Source of the DNA: Ramazzottius varieornatus
Lineage: Eukaryota > Animalia > Tardigrada
Assembly (NCBI GenBank): GCA_001949185.1
Contig: BDGG01000006.1
Coordinates: forward strand, 2,214,827 to 2,278,826
Length of the DNA stretch: 64,000 nt
Direction: 5' to 3'
Shown: positions 1 through 12,804 of the stretch, piece after piece
Layout: every line of letters begins with the position of its first letter
Numbering within the stretch: the stretch's first letter is position 1
Position numbers and translations under genes: made by a program
Notes under the pieces: model-generated
Databases searched by the model: none
What the model was told of the DNA's origin: nothing
What the model saw: the letters and a program-made list of their open reading frames with translations, nothing else

Positions 1-2411
1 ACGACCTTGCCGAGCTCCGCGAGGACGTCTTTGAGCGCTCCTTTCTCCGTCTGGAAGACATCCAGCTGGACGGCAACGTGCTGCAGACCATCGGCAACTG
101 GACCGCCGCTCGCTTCACCAACCTCCTGCGCCTCAACATTTCCAACAATCAAATTAGCCAATTACGGCTGGCTGATTTGCCCGCCTCATTACAGCTGCTT
201 GATGGCCATTCCAATGCCATTGTGGAGCTGATTGCCGCCGGCAGCGAAAGCCTGCAGTTGCGTCATCTGGATCTCTCCAGTAACCAACTGACACGGCTTG
301 GCCCAAAAGACCTTCCGGCTTCCTTGCAAGTCCTCGACTTGGCTGACAACAACATTGAGACTATCGAGCGCAATACATTCAGCAACAAGCCTCGACTGAT
401 GTCTGTTAACCTCACAAGGAACAAACTACATAGCCTGGAAGACAGTTCCCTCAAGATTAACTCGTTCAGCGCAGCGGAAAAACTTCCCGATTTCCACTTG
501 AGCAGAAATCCGTTTCTTTGTGATTGCCAAATGGTTTTCCTCAAAAAGGTACAATTTCAAAACCTGCATCTGAGACCAAAATTTACACAAACTAAATATC
601 ATTGACCGTGGCAGTCGCGATGATATTTAGCTGAAAATACCATCGCCGGAAAACAAAAGAAACCGAATAAAGAATTTCGGTATCTCTGCGACGATAATTC
701 ATGCTGTCTTGTTTCCACAGGTCACCAGCGAAAATTCCCTGCGCTGGTTTCCTCGCATCGTCGACCTGGATACGCTTGAATGCCGCGACATGCGAGCCAA
801 GTCCACTGGTCGCCTTCTTGACGTCCCCGACGAGTCCTTCCTGTGCACCTACGAAGAGCAATGCTCCTCCGTCTGCCACTGCTGTGACTTCGGCGCCTGT
901 GACTGCAAGATGACCTGTCCCGACAACTGTACCTGCTACCACAACCGCAACTGGGATCGAAACATCATCGACTGCAGTGCCGAATCCCTGACGACCATCC
1001 CCATCATGCTGCCCATGGAAGCCTCCGATGTATACCTGGACGGCAATCGCCTTCCCAGTCTGCCAGAGTACGCGCTGATCGGAAGGACCAAGATGACGTC
1101 GCTGTACCTCAACAACAGCCAGATCCAGCGGATCGATAACCATACTTTCAATGGCCTGTCACAACTGCGAAACCTCCATCTACATCACAACCAGATTACG
1201 ATACTGAGAGGCGGAGAGTTCTCGCAGTTGGTCTCGCTGGAAGTGCTGGACCTCTCGTGGAACGATATCCATTCTATCCATGAACACACGTTCCTTACTT
1301 TGACCAAACTTCGCGTGAGTTTTTAAAACTGCACTGGTTGATAAGTAATACGTCAGTCGGTATCGATCGGAAGCTGGAAAACTAACCTCATTAATCTTTT
1401 TTCCAGGTGTTGAATCTGGCCGGGAACCAGCTCGATTCTCTCATCACATTACCACTTCCTCCTGCGCCAACCGTATCGTCTCTTCAGCTTTTCCTGGCCA
1501 ACAACGTCTGGGAATGCTGGTGCAATGAAGAACGGGAGTTGGGTCTGACCGAATGGCTGGTCCGCTTCACTGCCCGTATCCAAGACATCCACCACATGCA
1601 CTGCTACGACCGGAGCCAGTATCCTGCCCTTTTGCGCGACATGAAGCGACCTCGCGAACGCTGCTCATCACTCGACGCTCAAAATACCCAAAGCAGCCAG
1701 TTCCCCGTCGTGTCAGAGTCGGCACCCGAGTCCTTCATGGTGGTGGTCGGTATCGTCCTGGGCTGTGTTTGCTTCCTGGTCATCGTGCTGGTCGCATTTG
1801 TCCTCCGATACCGGTACGAAATCCAAGTTAGGCTGTACTCCCGCTTCAGGTTACGGCTGTGTTCGTCAATGGAGACCGAAGACGAAGAGAGTGAATACGG
1901 GTACGAGAAGATCTGTGATGCCTTCATCTCGTACAGCGATCTGGACGAGCATCTCGTCCTGGGTGAACTGGCTCCTCGACTGGAGTTTGGCTCGCCAAAG
2001 TACAAGCTTTTCCTTCACTACCGCGATCATCCACTGGGTATGCGGACTCCTGAGTCAATCATCCAAGGTGTACAGCTGAGTAAAAGGACCATCCTCGTCC
2101 TGTCAGAAAACTACTTGAAGCGCGAATGGGCCAAGTTGGACTTCAAGACAGCGCACCAGCAGGTCTTCAAGGACAAGAAGAACAAGATCATCATTGTCCT
2201 GCTGGGGGACATTCAGATGAAGGACTTGGATGTTGACCTACGCATCTACCTGAAGCAGAACCCATGTTTACAGTGGGGTGAAAAGCTGTTCTGGAAGAAG
2301 CTATATTATGCGCTCCCAGACCCGGAACCCATCTTGGAGAGCCATTATTCGCACACGCTTTCTTCTGTCCGTAACGGGCATATCTATAGCTACCCTATTA
2401 CTGATTTATAA
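1..2411 (+). CDS. Toll-like receptor, multiple cysteine cluster (protostome) type, 5'-truncated by the window; exons <1-548, 721-1314, 1407-2411
   Basis: Tandem LxxLxLxxN LRRs; internal LRRCT (NPFLCDC) followed by LRRNT (CHCCDFGACDCKMTCPDNCTCY); more LRRs; second LRRCT (NVWECWC); TM helix (FMVVVGIVLGCVCFLVIVLVAFVL); TIR domain (DAFISYS...LHYRD...SKRTILVLSENYLKREW...FWKKLYYAL). Both GT-AG introns are phase 0 and keep the frame. Confidence 0.95.
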
Positions 2412-2957
2412 CTGGATTTTGTACAATAAACCTTGTCTTGCTCAGTACGGCGAGGAGAGCATGATGTCTCTCGTTGCCTTTTGTTTCTTGGGATGTGCTA
2501 AATTCTGTATACCATTCACGAAGGTAGAGAATTTTTTTACGGCATTTCCGTGTTGTAAATGTCTAAGCGAATATCTTGATGCTGGTGCTCGAAGTATTCG
2601 AGTTCCCTACGGTGGGTGGTATTATCTACTTCATCTACGAGGGAAAGGCTGTAAACTTAGCCGCCCCATACCGGGGCTGTAAAGTTAACCACCGCTGTGG
2701 TATGTGCTAGCGCACATGCAGTGCTATAGCCTTAAGTTGCGGCATTGCCGATACCGCTTTTTCAAGCTGTGGTATAGTGGATACCGTTCCTGCAGACTAC
2801 ATCTCTAGAACTGGACTATCCGTCTCAAAACAGCACATCAGGGCGTCATAAAGCATCTAACACGTTAGTCACTACAACGCCAGATTTCGACGAAGAAGTA
2901 CTCAGGTAATCTAAAAGGTAAGACAACAGAACCCGCACTCGATTTACAGTTGGAAAG

Positions 2958-3600
2958 CTAAAGCGTTTTCGGCTTCTTCGCAGCACGCGTCCGTCTGGTT
3001 AGAGCACTCTGCGCCGCTTCTTCGGGAACTTCGGCAGGTTCATGGCTCGCTGAGATTTTTCGCTTTACTGAACGAGACTTCCCGAGCGGCGCAATCTGAT
3101 AAAGGTGAAAATCAGAAACGAATAATTCCGATGACTGGGAGTCCATGCGACCGCTGCTTCCCAAAACCCGACACATAACGCAGACGGAGTTTCGCCTGTT
3201 CGTCGTCGTCAGTCTCCTCCTGTTGATCAGAATCGTCCTCTTGTCTCATCGGTAAACTGTTGTCAAATGCAAGACAGCTGGTACGGATAAGCGCGTCAAA
3301 CCAGTGCATGGAAATTTCCCAGGACCACCCACTTGCAGTTACAGGTTGCTTCCGTCAGCAGTGACGTAATATTAACCGTTTTACTAGTGCCGTGAACAAG
3401 AGCCCAGAGGTCTCGTTTAGCCGGGAAGGTAGTATGAAGACTGGGTTGGGATCCACAAATACTGAATCGTGCAGATCAAGCACCACGCATTCAACGACAT
3501 GTGGAATTTTGACGTCGCCCATCATCAGGACAACGTGTGGTGAAAATTCGGTATCGGTCGACACCACGAAATGCAGGCACATATTGGGATGCTGAGAAAT
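2958..3600 (-). pseudogene. Interrupted ORF of unknown family
   Basis: ORFs 3355-3582 and 3112-3309 are in the same frame separated by one stop, then an apparent frameshift into 2958-3176 (acidic then basic tail). No motif recognised. Confidence 0.3.
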
Positions 3601-4947
3601 TAGTCTTGTTAATTTATTTTTGCAAAGAGGTTCTGACGTTACAGGAACATTAACCCGGGCGACAGTCCATTCGTGCCTGTTTCGATATCAAACGTGTCAA
3701 CGTGTGTTAACTTGTTTCCTGTTATGTTTGTCGCTCCCGCCCTCGTTTCGTCAGTCCACGCGTGAAAGAAACGAAATTATGTCGAGAAACCTAACACTCC
3801 ACTTCATCTGTGAAACACTTCGAAATTTGCCTGGCATACATCGTCCGAACACGAGCGAGATACCGCGGAATGAAAGTGATGTGGCTATACGAAACGGAGG
3901 GGTCATTGTAACGGGCATTACTGGGACAGGTCATGATCGTATCGCTATACTCCGTGGAAGTTAGTTTCTAAAGCTATAATTACGTAAAGTGATGGTTAAA
4001 TGCGTCTTGCGCCACGTACCTGGGCAATGGAGTCAGCACACCTGAAGGTAGGTAAGGTCGTCGGATCGTCTTCTTGGGAAAATCTGGAGTTTGGTTTGTA
4101 CAGCCCGTTCGGGCCAACTTGCTACCACCCAGAGAATCAAGCCGCTGGTGACTGGGTTATTGCCAAACCGTGGAACTAATTTCCCTAGATTCAACAATCT
4201 CTTTGCTACCACGAAGAAAATCATCGGTTAGAAATCCAATAACACGGAGTCCAAATCGACAAGAACATAATGGGCGAGAAAAGAGGAAAAAACAAAAACT
4301 TTCGCGCTTTTCAGGGCCGTTTTCCAGAATTCGTTTTTCAGTTTCCCGTGAGGTTCTGTGGTGTCTTTGCTAAGTACAGTTAGAAAAGGGACCTGGCCAC
4401 CGGAAGACACTTTGACGGCATGGATCCGCCGCTCAGGACAAGAGCTTTAATTTTTCCCGCAGGAGTAGGTTCCCCGGCAAAATGGTCGAATTTGACAGTT
4501 TTAATTCATTTGCCGAATTAGCTTGGCAGTTGTACGATGCTTTTCGATCTTTTATAGCAGTCCGGATGGTCTTGTATACGGTGAGATCAAAACTGGGCTT
4601 GACACTCCAACACAGAATTTTAGAGACGACGTTTCGATCAAGAACAGAGGTCTTCCCCACCGGAAGTCATACTGATCGACTTTTCCGAACTATCTCTCCA
4701 CCCTTATGAATGCACTATCTCTCAATTAAAAGACCTTGAAATTTTGTATATAAAACACAAGGGAATGGGTGAAAAAGGCACAAACCGAATTTCTGAAGCA
4801 CGTCGTTTCAAGTGGTAGCAAGTTGGCCCGAACTGGCTGTATATGTATACGTCTTCAACCATGAACACGAATGTGTTAGTGGAGAAAGTATCACCTGGTC
4901 ATGTAATCGAACATTGTACAGTCCACGCGTCATGTAATCGAACATTG

Positions 4948-5207
4948 TACAGTCCGGTCGCTCGAAATCTGGACAAAATTTTCCAGTTTCAATTTGAGGC
5001 TTGCCATACATTCACCACACCTCATACTAAGCCAAGGCCCGATATTACATAACACACACATTACACCGTGCTTTGACTCGTGTAATCAACTAATCAATGC
5101 ACAGATAACCGGCTGTGTGGGCATGGTGAGCAGTACGGTTAACTTCGTATGGTTTTCCTCTGTTGAGATCGAAAAGTTTCGTCCAGATTTCGAGCGACTG
5201 GACTGTA
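4948..5207. mobile_element. Tc1/mariner-type MITE, about 260 bp
   Basis: TA+CAGTCCGGTCGCTCGAAATCTGGACAAAATTTTC at the left and its near-perfect reverse complement GAAAAGTTTCGTCCAGATTTCGAGCGACTGGACTG+TA at the right; no ORF inside. Confidence 0.85.
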
Positions 5208-5412
5208 TCTGTTCATGAAAGGTGGAAGGATCGCGTAAGTATAACTCTTCTCGACGACTGGGACATCAACTTCATCAGCACGGAAAGTATCGGTCATTGT
5301 TATTGCCGTTGAAAATTCTATGACATTATCTGCACAATGCGTCGGATAGCTCCACTGGGTAGGACAAACGTAAGAGATGGTGTAAGGTCAAGAAGACAAG
5401 ACTCAAATCCAT

Positions 5413-5561
5413 TACTGTAAATATTCGCTGCGTCCGCGCAGTACGTCGTCGTACAAGTGAAGTACAGCCCCGGTCCGGTTTCACGGATTGCGCAACTCCC
5501 TACGGGGGTGCATCGCCACGTACGTGTACGTACTGTGTGGACGCAGCGAATATTTACAGTA
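5413..5561. mobile_element. pogo-like palindromic MITE, about 150 bp
   Basis: Perfect inverted ends TACTGTAAATATTCGCTGCGTCC / GGACGCAGCGAATATTTACAGTA including the TA; pairing continues inward imperfectly. Confidence 0.85.
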
Positions 5562-6367
5562 TATGAATACAGTCATAACTCTCACTTGTACAATAAGTCA
5601 CAGTAGCGAACTTTAGCAGGCTGAAATGAGTTGGTAGATTTGTATTTGCCAGCAGCCAGAAGTATACGCGGTCATAGTGTCACGTGACACCTTGATGTAA
5701 ATTGGGTGCTTCCGTTCTTTCCTACGGTTACTCCAGTCTCCGAATGTCAGTTCGAAGTCGTATATACACTCGGCTAAGCCGTCGCCCGGCGGCGTTTTGT
5801 AACAGTCAAATTTAACAATATATATAACGTTTGTGCTTGCTGGTGTTGCAGAATGTCCATAGAGTACGTACACTTGCAGCGAGAGAACACGCGACTGGAG
5901 ACAGAGTTGGCTTAATGTCAGGATAAGCTGCGCAAGCTGGACAAGTTCTACAAGAACCGCCCTGACCCGCCTTCGCTAAAGCGAGTCCAGACAGAGGCGG
6001 AAGTGAGAATGAGGGCAGGTGAGCCACTGGAATACATCTTAGCACATGTTTTTCGTCTGTGACTGTGTACGGCGGAGGTGACCATAGCCTCTGACCGAGA
6101 CCAAGACACAAAAACAAGGCATTGTCTTGGACATCATCGTGTCTAGGGTGTACGGCGGCAGCGCCATAAGGCCAAAACACTAGAATTCGCACTGGTGCCG
6201 GATATCGGTACATCACCAATTCAAAGTCATGTGCTTACAATGATTATCCTCAGCATCCTGGCGTTGTTTCACACTTGCTTCGTACCAAAATGTAGAGAAT
6301 TGGTTTCTCTATCGTTTAGTACTCAGCAGATCACGAGAAAACGTTTCTGCAGGATCTAAAGTTAAGT

Positions 6368-6482
6368 ACGGCTAAAGGGGTGGAAAGCATCCGCTGAGTG
6401 ACGTCGCTCAATGAAGCGGCATAGTCTCGGCTGCGGAACGGGACAATGCCGATTTTCTCAAGATTTCACCCCCTCTTGCCGT
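6368..6482. repeat. Small imperfect inverted-repeat element (old MITE?)
   Basis: ACGGCTAAAGGGGTGGAAA versus TTTCACCCCCTCTTGCCGT. Confidence 0.4.
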
Positions 6483-6840
6483 TTTTAATTCCAGATGATA
6501 TAGATGAGTTTTTCTATTATCTGCTAGGTACCAAATGATAGAGAGATGACTTCCCTACATTTTGATACCAAGCAGGTACAAAACAGAACGCCAGGAAGCT
6601 AAGGACGACCATCCAAAGTACACGACGCTAAATTGATCATTTATCGTCGTGACCACAACCTTAACATTAAATTAGCGTCGTTTTGGTCACCTCAAAGAAC
6701 TTTTAGTGTCTTGGTCAGGACTTAGTGACATCGTCACCTCACCGTACACGATCTGTTTTCTGTCGCCCTCTCATATTGCGAGTCCTCGGGAATATGACCA
6801 GTTCGGGTTCGAGCTCGAAATGCTCTGATAGGCGGATAAT

Positions 6841-8008
6841 TTGCAGAAAAAAATTTCCAGACAGACAGGTAATACCCAAATCAACACATGCGGCACTTTC
6901 GACTATATTGCGATGCCCTTAAAGACGGCTCGCTCACTTCTGTTTTTTATCGTAGTGTGGGAGATTGAGCCACGGAGCTTCGCGCTCATCAACTGCTCGG
7001 ATGTCCAGGCCAGTGTGGCGAAGGGGAACCAGCTGGCGGGCTACAAGGCTAGCTGCGCCGGTCCTTCTTTCCGTCCACCGCCTAATGGCTCGGCTGAGCA
7101 CAAGAAGCTCCGGCTGGACCAACAGACGGTGGACATTGGCGCCAAGATCGCGGCACAAGACGCTCGGCTTGCCGAAGCCCTCAAGCGTCGCGACGACGCT
7201 CTGGCTAAATTGACCAACGCCCACGAGCCGGTCTGCCGTGGCGAATTTGAAGAGTTCTGCCCGGCGTGGATGGAGGCTCGCAAAGGCTGTCCCAAACTAA
7301 TGTGCTTCCAGTCTAATGGGGAGTGCTTGGCCGCTGCCATTGGCGAAGGCCACGGAAGACCTCGACGAGCTGCCGCCGTGGGTGGACCCTGGCGAGAAGC
7401 TTCCGGCGAACCTTGTCGACATGGCGCTGGAAGCAGTGGTAGACCTGCCTAACATCCCCACACTAACATCTAATGTGCCGCTTCCACCACTGAGCACGTC
7501 AAGCACTCAACCTCCGCCACCCCCATCATTCCAGAAGCAGCTTCCAGCGGTACCGGTACCATTCGTGGCCCAGCCACTCCCTCCGCCACGTGCTTGCCAC
7601 GAGATGCTTTTTGCGGTCATCTTCAAGGTAAGATTATATCTGCCACTCTTGTTACAATGTGTCGGCCCCTTGTACCGAATGATTCTAGGAAAACATCGAT
7701 ACCAATGCGATCCTGCTCTCCGCGGCGCACACCTCCATCCCATACAAGCGTTTCTGATGATCAAATCGGTGGAAGTGACATGCATTTCTTGCAGGAACTG
7801 GATTGCGCCGACGAAGCTCGAAGAATACTGGGGTAAGCAGCTTTGGAAAGATATGAGCTACGAAGACATTTGCCCAGATGTCAAACACTGGAGCTTAATG
7901 TTTAAAATCTGGCTGGAGAATGGACGGGCGATGTGGTTGATGGTTGACGAGACGACAGAACACCGTGCCATGCAACCTCGCCAGTGTTGCTCCGATCATT
8001 ACAATTGA
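6841..8008 (+). pseudogene. Frameshifted coding-like region of unknown family (coiled-coil segment, Pro-rich linker, Cys/Trp-containing C-terminal block)
   Basis: Overlapping 203 aa and 230 aa ORFs with coding-like composition; no family recognised. Confidence 0.3.
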
Positions 8009-8390
8009 TAATTGAAAATGACCAAAAACGACCTTTTTTGAATTCCAATCTGACAATCAGAATTGAGAATTCCAGGCTCGACAGTTCCAATATTAATTAG
8101 AATTGCAATTAGAATTCCAAAAATAAAAGTTATTTTAATTGATAATCGGAATACTGACAATAGTAATTCGAATTACTGAACTCGCGCCAGCAGCGCGGGA
8201 AAACGCACGTGGGTGTACTTAGTTTTGGACTTTCTACATGATTTGGTGCTTGATTGGGTGAATATGTGTGCTTATGTACATGTCGCACGAGGCAGTACGG
8301 CACGATGCTTACTGTATTGGTTTGCGAACCACGCGCGGCGGATCGATGTGCGCGCGAAGTTTAACCCCGGTCCTGATGTTTTTCCTCACC

Positions 8391-8744
8391 ATTAATCGGA
8401 GTTCAACTCACGACAGCAATTGAAATTATTTCAATTGGTGTGGTTCATTTTTTAGATTTGAATATCCATAAACCCCCGAAGGATTGTTTCGCGCGTATAA
8501 TGACGTACGCGCAGTGCTTCAGGAAACGTTACAATATCTGTTTTCATCAGCGCATCCGTGTTCAGTGCCACGAGTATAACAAATCTTGAGCTAAATTAAA
8601 CATTCATCAGCCATCGGTCGCTCATGGAACGACAGGCTTAAGTTGCTTCAAAACGCCGTGTTTTATGGATATTCAAATCTAAAAAATGAATCAAAACCAA
8701 TTGAAATAATTTCAGTTGCTGTCGTGAGTTGAATTCCGATTAAT
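8391..8744. mobile_element. MITE with about 82-bp TIRs bounded by TTAA
   Basis: 8391-8472 (ATTAATCGGAGTTCAACTCACGACAGCAATTGAAATTATTTC...ATATCCATAAA) is the near-exact reverse complement of 8662-8744. Confidence 0.85.
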
Positions 8745-8827
8745 TGTAATTGCTAGTTCAGCTGAGCTGAGCCTGACATAACTGAAACTGTTGCCGCCGA
8801 GGTATTCCGATTGATCGTAATTGCAAT

Positions 8828-9255
8828 TTGAATAGAAAAAGTCATATTGGAGCAACACTGACCTCGCTTCCAATTCAGACGATGAACAAGGAGTGTGGAA
8901 CGTTCGTTGAGCGCACTGGAGTTAAGCTGGGAGACGTCACAATCGTTCCTTCCGATATCGTCGCTCTGGCTCGCTCGAACATTCTGAATGGAACCCCGTA
9001 CAATGTGATGACCAGTAACTGTCAAGTATGGATGAGAACTTCCATCGATATGATCAACTCGTTCCTGGGAAAGAGTTTGCTCGAGGCAACGAAGAAGAGT
9101 CGCTGGGCACGCTGGATCGCCCGGATGATATGAAGACTTACATGGAAATGTTGGAGAGTGGATACAAAGAGTTCGCCAAGTTCGTTCAGTTGTCTTCGGG
9201 ATCATGCGGCAGCAAGAAGAATCCGAAACACGAGCTAGTGCTCACGAACACCTGA
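8828..9255 (+). pseudogene. Fragment of a permuted papain-like (PPPDE/LRAT-like) gene, frameshifted near 9085
   Basis: Motif PYNVMTSNCQVW resembles the YxLxxxNC catalytic-Cys motif of PPPDE/LRAT families; the 5' part is missing and the sequence continues in another frame. Confidence 0.55.
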
Positions 9256-9299
9256 ACATACTGTGCCATCACGTTGTCCGCTCACTATACACGTCCGCT

Positions 9300-9834
9300 G
9301 CAGGCGCGTCCCATAGGCAAATATTTGCCGTAAAAATTTTCTGTCGTGAAAAGGATGCGAACTTTGGACCTGACGTCATGACCCGAGTCGTCGGCTCCGG
9401 TCGGTGAAAACAGCTTGACCCGGTACCTGCATAAACCGCGCAGAAAGAAGTTTTCATTCAAAAATAGCAGGAAGCGAGTCTGACGTGACAGACCAACGCC
9501 ATAGCGACCATACTATTAGTTAAGAGCATCCGAGAACTTTTCGCCATACTTGGTGGACAAATACCTCGAACTCAGGGGTTTTTCGTCGACCAAATACGGC
9601 AAAAAGTGCTCAGATGATCTGATCTAACTGCCTGGTGTTAGTCTGTCTGCGCCCGACTCACTCCCTGCTATTTTTGAGTGAGAACTTTTTCGGCGCGGTT
9701 TATGCAGGTACCGGGTCGAGCTGGTTTTAGTGACCGGAGCCGACGACTCGGGTCATGACGTGAGGTCAACAGTTCGCATCCTTTTTACGACAGAAAATTT
9801 TCACGACAGGAATTAGCCTATGGGACGCGCCTGC
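9300..9834. mobile_element. Foldback-like non-autonomous element, about 535-bp imperfect palindrome
   Basis: GCAGGCGCGTCCCATAGGC...GCCTATGGGACGCGCCTGC; internal blocks pair (GTCATGACCCGAGTCGTCGGCTCCGGTC; ACCCGGTACCTGCATAAACCGCGC) up to a centre near 9570. No clear TSD. Confidence 0.9.
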
Positions 9835-10970
9835 GAACCGTTTCCGGTAAAACGGTATCTTACTACGTATTTGAAAGAGGGAGAACTGCTAGCCCAATCT
9901 CTTTCGCTGCTCTTTCCGCGTTCGCACACATATCTATCAGAGTAAATTTTTTCTCACGAGCGGTAATATCAGTGCCTTGGCCAGGTAATTGTTTTATATG
10001 GGTACAGAAGTACGATAACGCAGTAGTGCAGGGTTCGATCGTTCTTGTGACCCTGACGGCTACTTTTAGGCTCCCCAAATATCTTCATAATCGAATTGAA
10101 ATTTCATGGCTTCCTCTAAAAAAAAGTAGAAAAGGTAAGCCCCTAATGAATGAACTGCTGCTCCAAACCCTCGCAAGTCCAGCGCGGTAATGCAGCTTAT
10201 TCCCGCTTCCTTGTTTCCAGAATCGAACCTACAAAGTAATACGGTACGAGGAGGGAAACCCAGCTTTTCTAACGAGCGTACTTTGCTAGGTCAAATTCTG
10301 CAGGTTGCGCGGTCCTGTGTCTTGTTCAGCTGATAACCTGCTATCGACATAAGGACCGAGCAAGAGATAGCAAAGTTTTGGCTGTTCCGATTGAATGATA
10401 GTAACCGTCAGTTTGCTCCTACCACGCAGACAGTTTATTTCTACTGTCGGCGTCACATACGACTGAACCACTATGCAAAGTTGCCAACAATTCGCTCGGA
10501 AGTTAGCAAAGTTTTAGCTGTTCCGATTTCGAATAGAACCCAGCCGTGAAGCTGTAGTGACGCTGCCTCACAAGTGCTCGATTTCCATTTAGCATGGCAC
10601 ATATGCGGTTAACTGAATCGACTGATCTTTGCTACCGTACGCCCTCTGCAGAAAGTGCTCTCCCTATTACCGGCAGTCATTTTCAAACAACCTTCCTTCC
10701 GGATTTATTTCCGCTACGAGCTGTTGCTTATTTCCGAACCAAGCTGGTCCAGATTCAGGAAAAGTGTTGAGATAAATTTTAAAAAAATTTGACAATTTCT
10801 GGCTGGAAGACTATTCAGAAAGTCGTCAGTTAGAAAACTAGTCGCTAGTTTGGCGAGTTAGAACAGTTAGGCCTTGCTCCTCGTACGCTAAACGCTGTCA
10901 CTGCGGAAAAGGCGCAGGTCGCCGTAGGTCAGGAATTCAAACGCTTGACGTTAGGCACTCAATGATGAAC

Positions 10971-12463
10971 TCACTTTTCGATGAGCTTTTCTGCCAGGAG
11001 GACGTAGTTGTGATGAGTAGGATCCACTTGACCTAAGAGTTCTGCCAGATTGGCCAACTGGTCTTCGGTCAGCGGACGAGCATTGCGAATCGCAAAGTGG
11101 GCTGTGGCAGGGTTGAGTTCAGTGTTGTTCAGGCCTCCCATGGGTAATGCTTGACCAGACGCCAGTTCCTTTTCCGAGTACGCGAAGGTGTCTTTTTCCA
11201 AAATTTGTAGCGGGTGCCCTTTGTGACGGATGAAAGTCATGGTTGCGTTGTACTCTTCCTCCGTTTCGTACGGAAAAATTTCGGTGGGGCTGAAGCCAGC
11301 TCGAGAAACCACCTAATGCATCTAATATCGCGAATCGAACTTCGCCTTGGCATAGACCACTTTACTGATCAGCTCATCTCCTGGCCTTCCACCAACGTCG
11401 GCAGCTGCGAAGGTTGCTTTCTGGGCAGTTTAGCACCATTCTTAAGTTCATCCAAGTCCATAGAGCCTATAAACTTCCTCGCATCGAAGAAATCCATTTC
11501 TTCACTGAACTGCTGGTTGGCAAATCAGCTCGTTTAACGCAGTGCAGCTGCAAGATTTGATGTTGTAGGAGATAACTGCTCGTACGAGGTTGAAGATGGC
11601 TTCGATTTCGAAAGAACAAACGCTCGTCAGTTACCCGGAGCCCATCCCGTTTACCATCGGCCTGGCCATTCCGAACTTCTCATTCCGCAGAACGTCTATC
11701 ACAGCAATCCATTTTGATAAGGCCATCATGCGTAAGTCTTCTTGGAATCTCCGCGTCCATCCAGTCGAGCACGTGATGATCGGTGACCAGGAAGCCCGTT
11801 CTGCGACGGAGTTCTCATCTACCACAAATTCCTGGATTTCTGCCCCGACTATCTGGTCAAGTTCCGCATCGAATAAACTCGATCGTCTTCCAACCTCCTT
11901 GACATCTCGACAAGAAGTCGAAATAATTTTGTGCTTTTGATTTTAGGGTCATGGATCCGGTGACTGACGATACCGGAAGTAATTTTTCACGAGAGGGCGA
12001 ATTGGTCGTCAATAAAGACCGTAAATGCACTGTCTGGGGGAAACGATCGTTGATCTAACACTCCGCGATCTGGGGACTGTCACCTTCGCTGTACCTACCG
12101 CAAGACCCGAAAAGTTAGTTCTCCGTCTGGAGCTACGCATCACTGCCTTACCAAAGGTTCCTAAGTTAGTATCAAGCAGGCCTTGGTGAGCGTGACCGAC
12201 TCGCTTAAGGAGGCCGCCGGAGTGACACCTGAAATCAGCTTTGCGAAGCCTGTTTCGTTCACCATCGACATAACCATCCCTAAGTTTTCAACTCTGAAGG
12301 CGCAAAGTACTCCTATCATATCGGAAGGTGTCCGTATCTGCCCCAAATCTTCCTGGAATCTTCACGTTTTTCCGGCGAGAAAACCATCCGCGTCACGGAC
12401 TGGGATTGATAGCTTAAGAGTGAAATCGACTCGATTTCAACGAGAGACGGATGAAGAAGACAT
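10971..12463 (-). pseudogene. Decayed, apparently intronless ORF of about 1.5 kb, unknown origin
   Basis: Successive minus-strand ORF pieces (12161-12346, 11631-11825, 10971-11312) linked through stops and frameshifts from an ATG at 12463. Confidence 0.35.
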
Positions 12464-12804
12464 AGCCGACAAGTGCATAATCAGGTGGTTCCATCATATT
12501 ATCAGTCCTACCTTCCTACCTACGGCTTACCGAGTACGGCAAATACTGGTACAGGCGTAGTAGCATCGAGATAGATTTATTTTGCAGCAGAGCGACCCTG
12601 GGCGGGAGACGCTTGGTCAGAGACTTCCAGCAGTTGTTCAAAAGCACGAACCCCAGTTGACGTCTGGACTTTCCTTGGTTACGAAACGAACACGGAAGTA
12701 CTTGAGGTACTGGCGAGGTGAGCGGACATACACAATTGTGTAAACCATTCGCCCAGCCTTCGCACAGTCGCCAAACACGGACCCCAAGCGAAGGCTCATT
12801 AGAA

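Noticed and set aside
10369-10529. 24-bp direct repeat AGCAAAGTTTT(G/A)GCTGTTCCGATT as a DIRS terminal repeat
   Set aside because: No matching copy at the other end of the element; only a local duplication can be supported.
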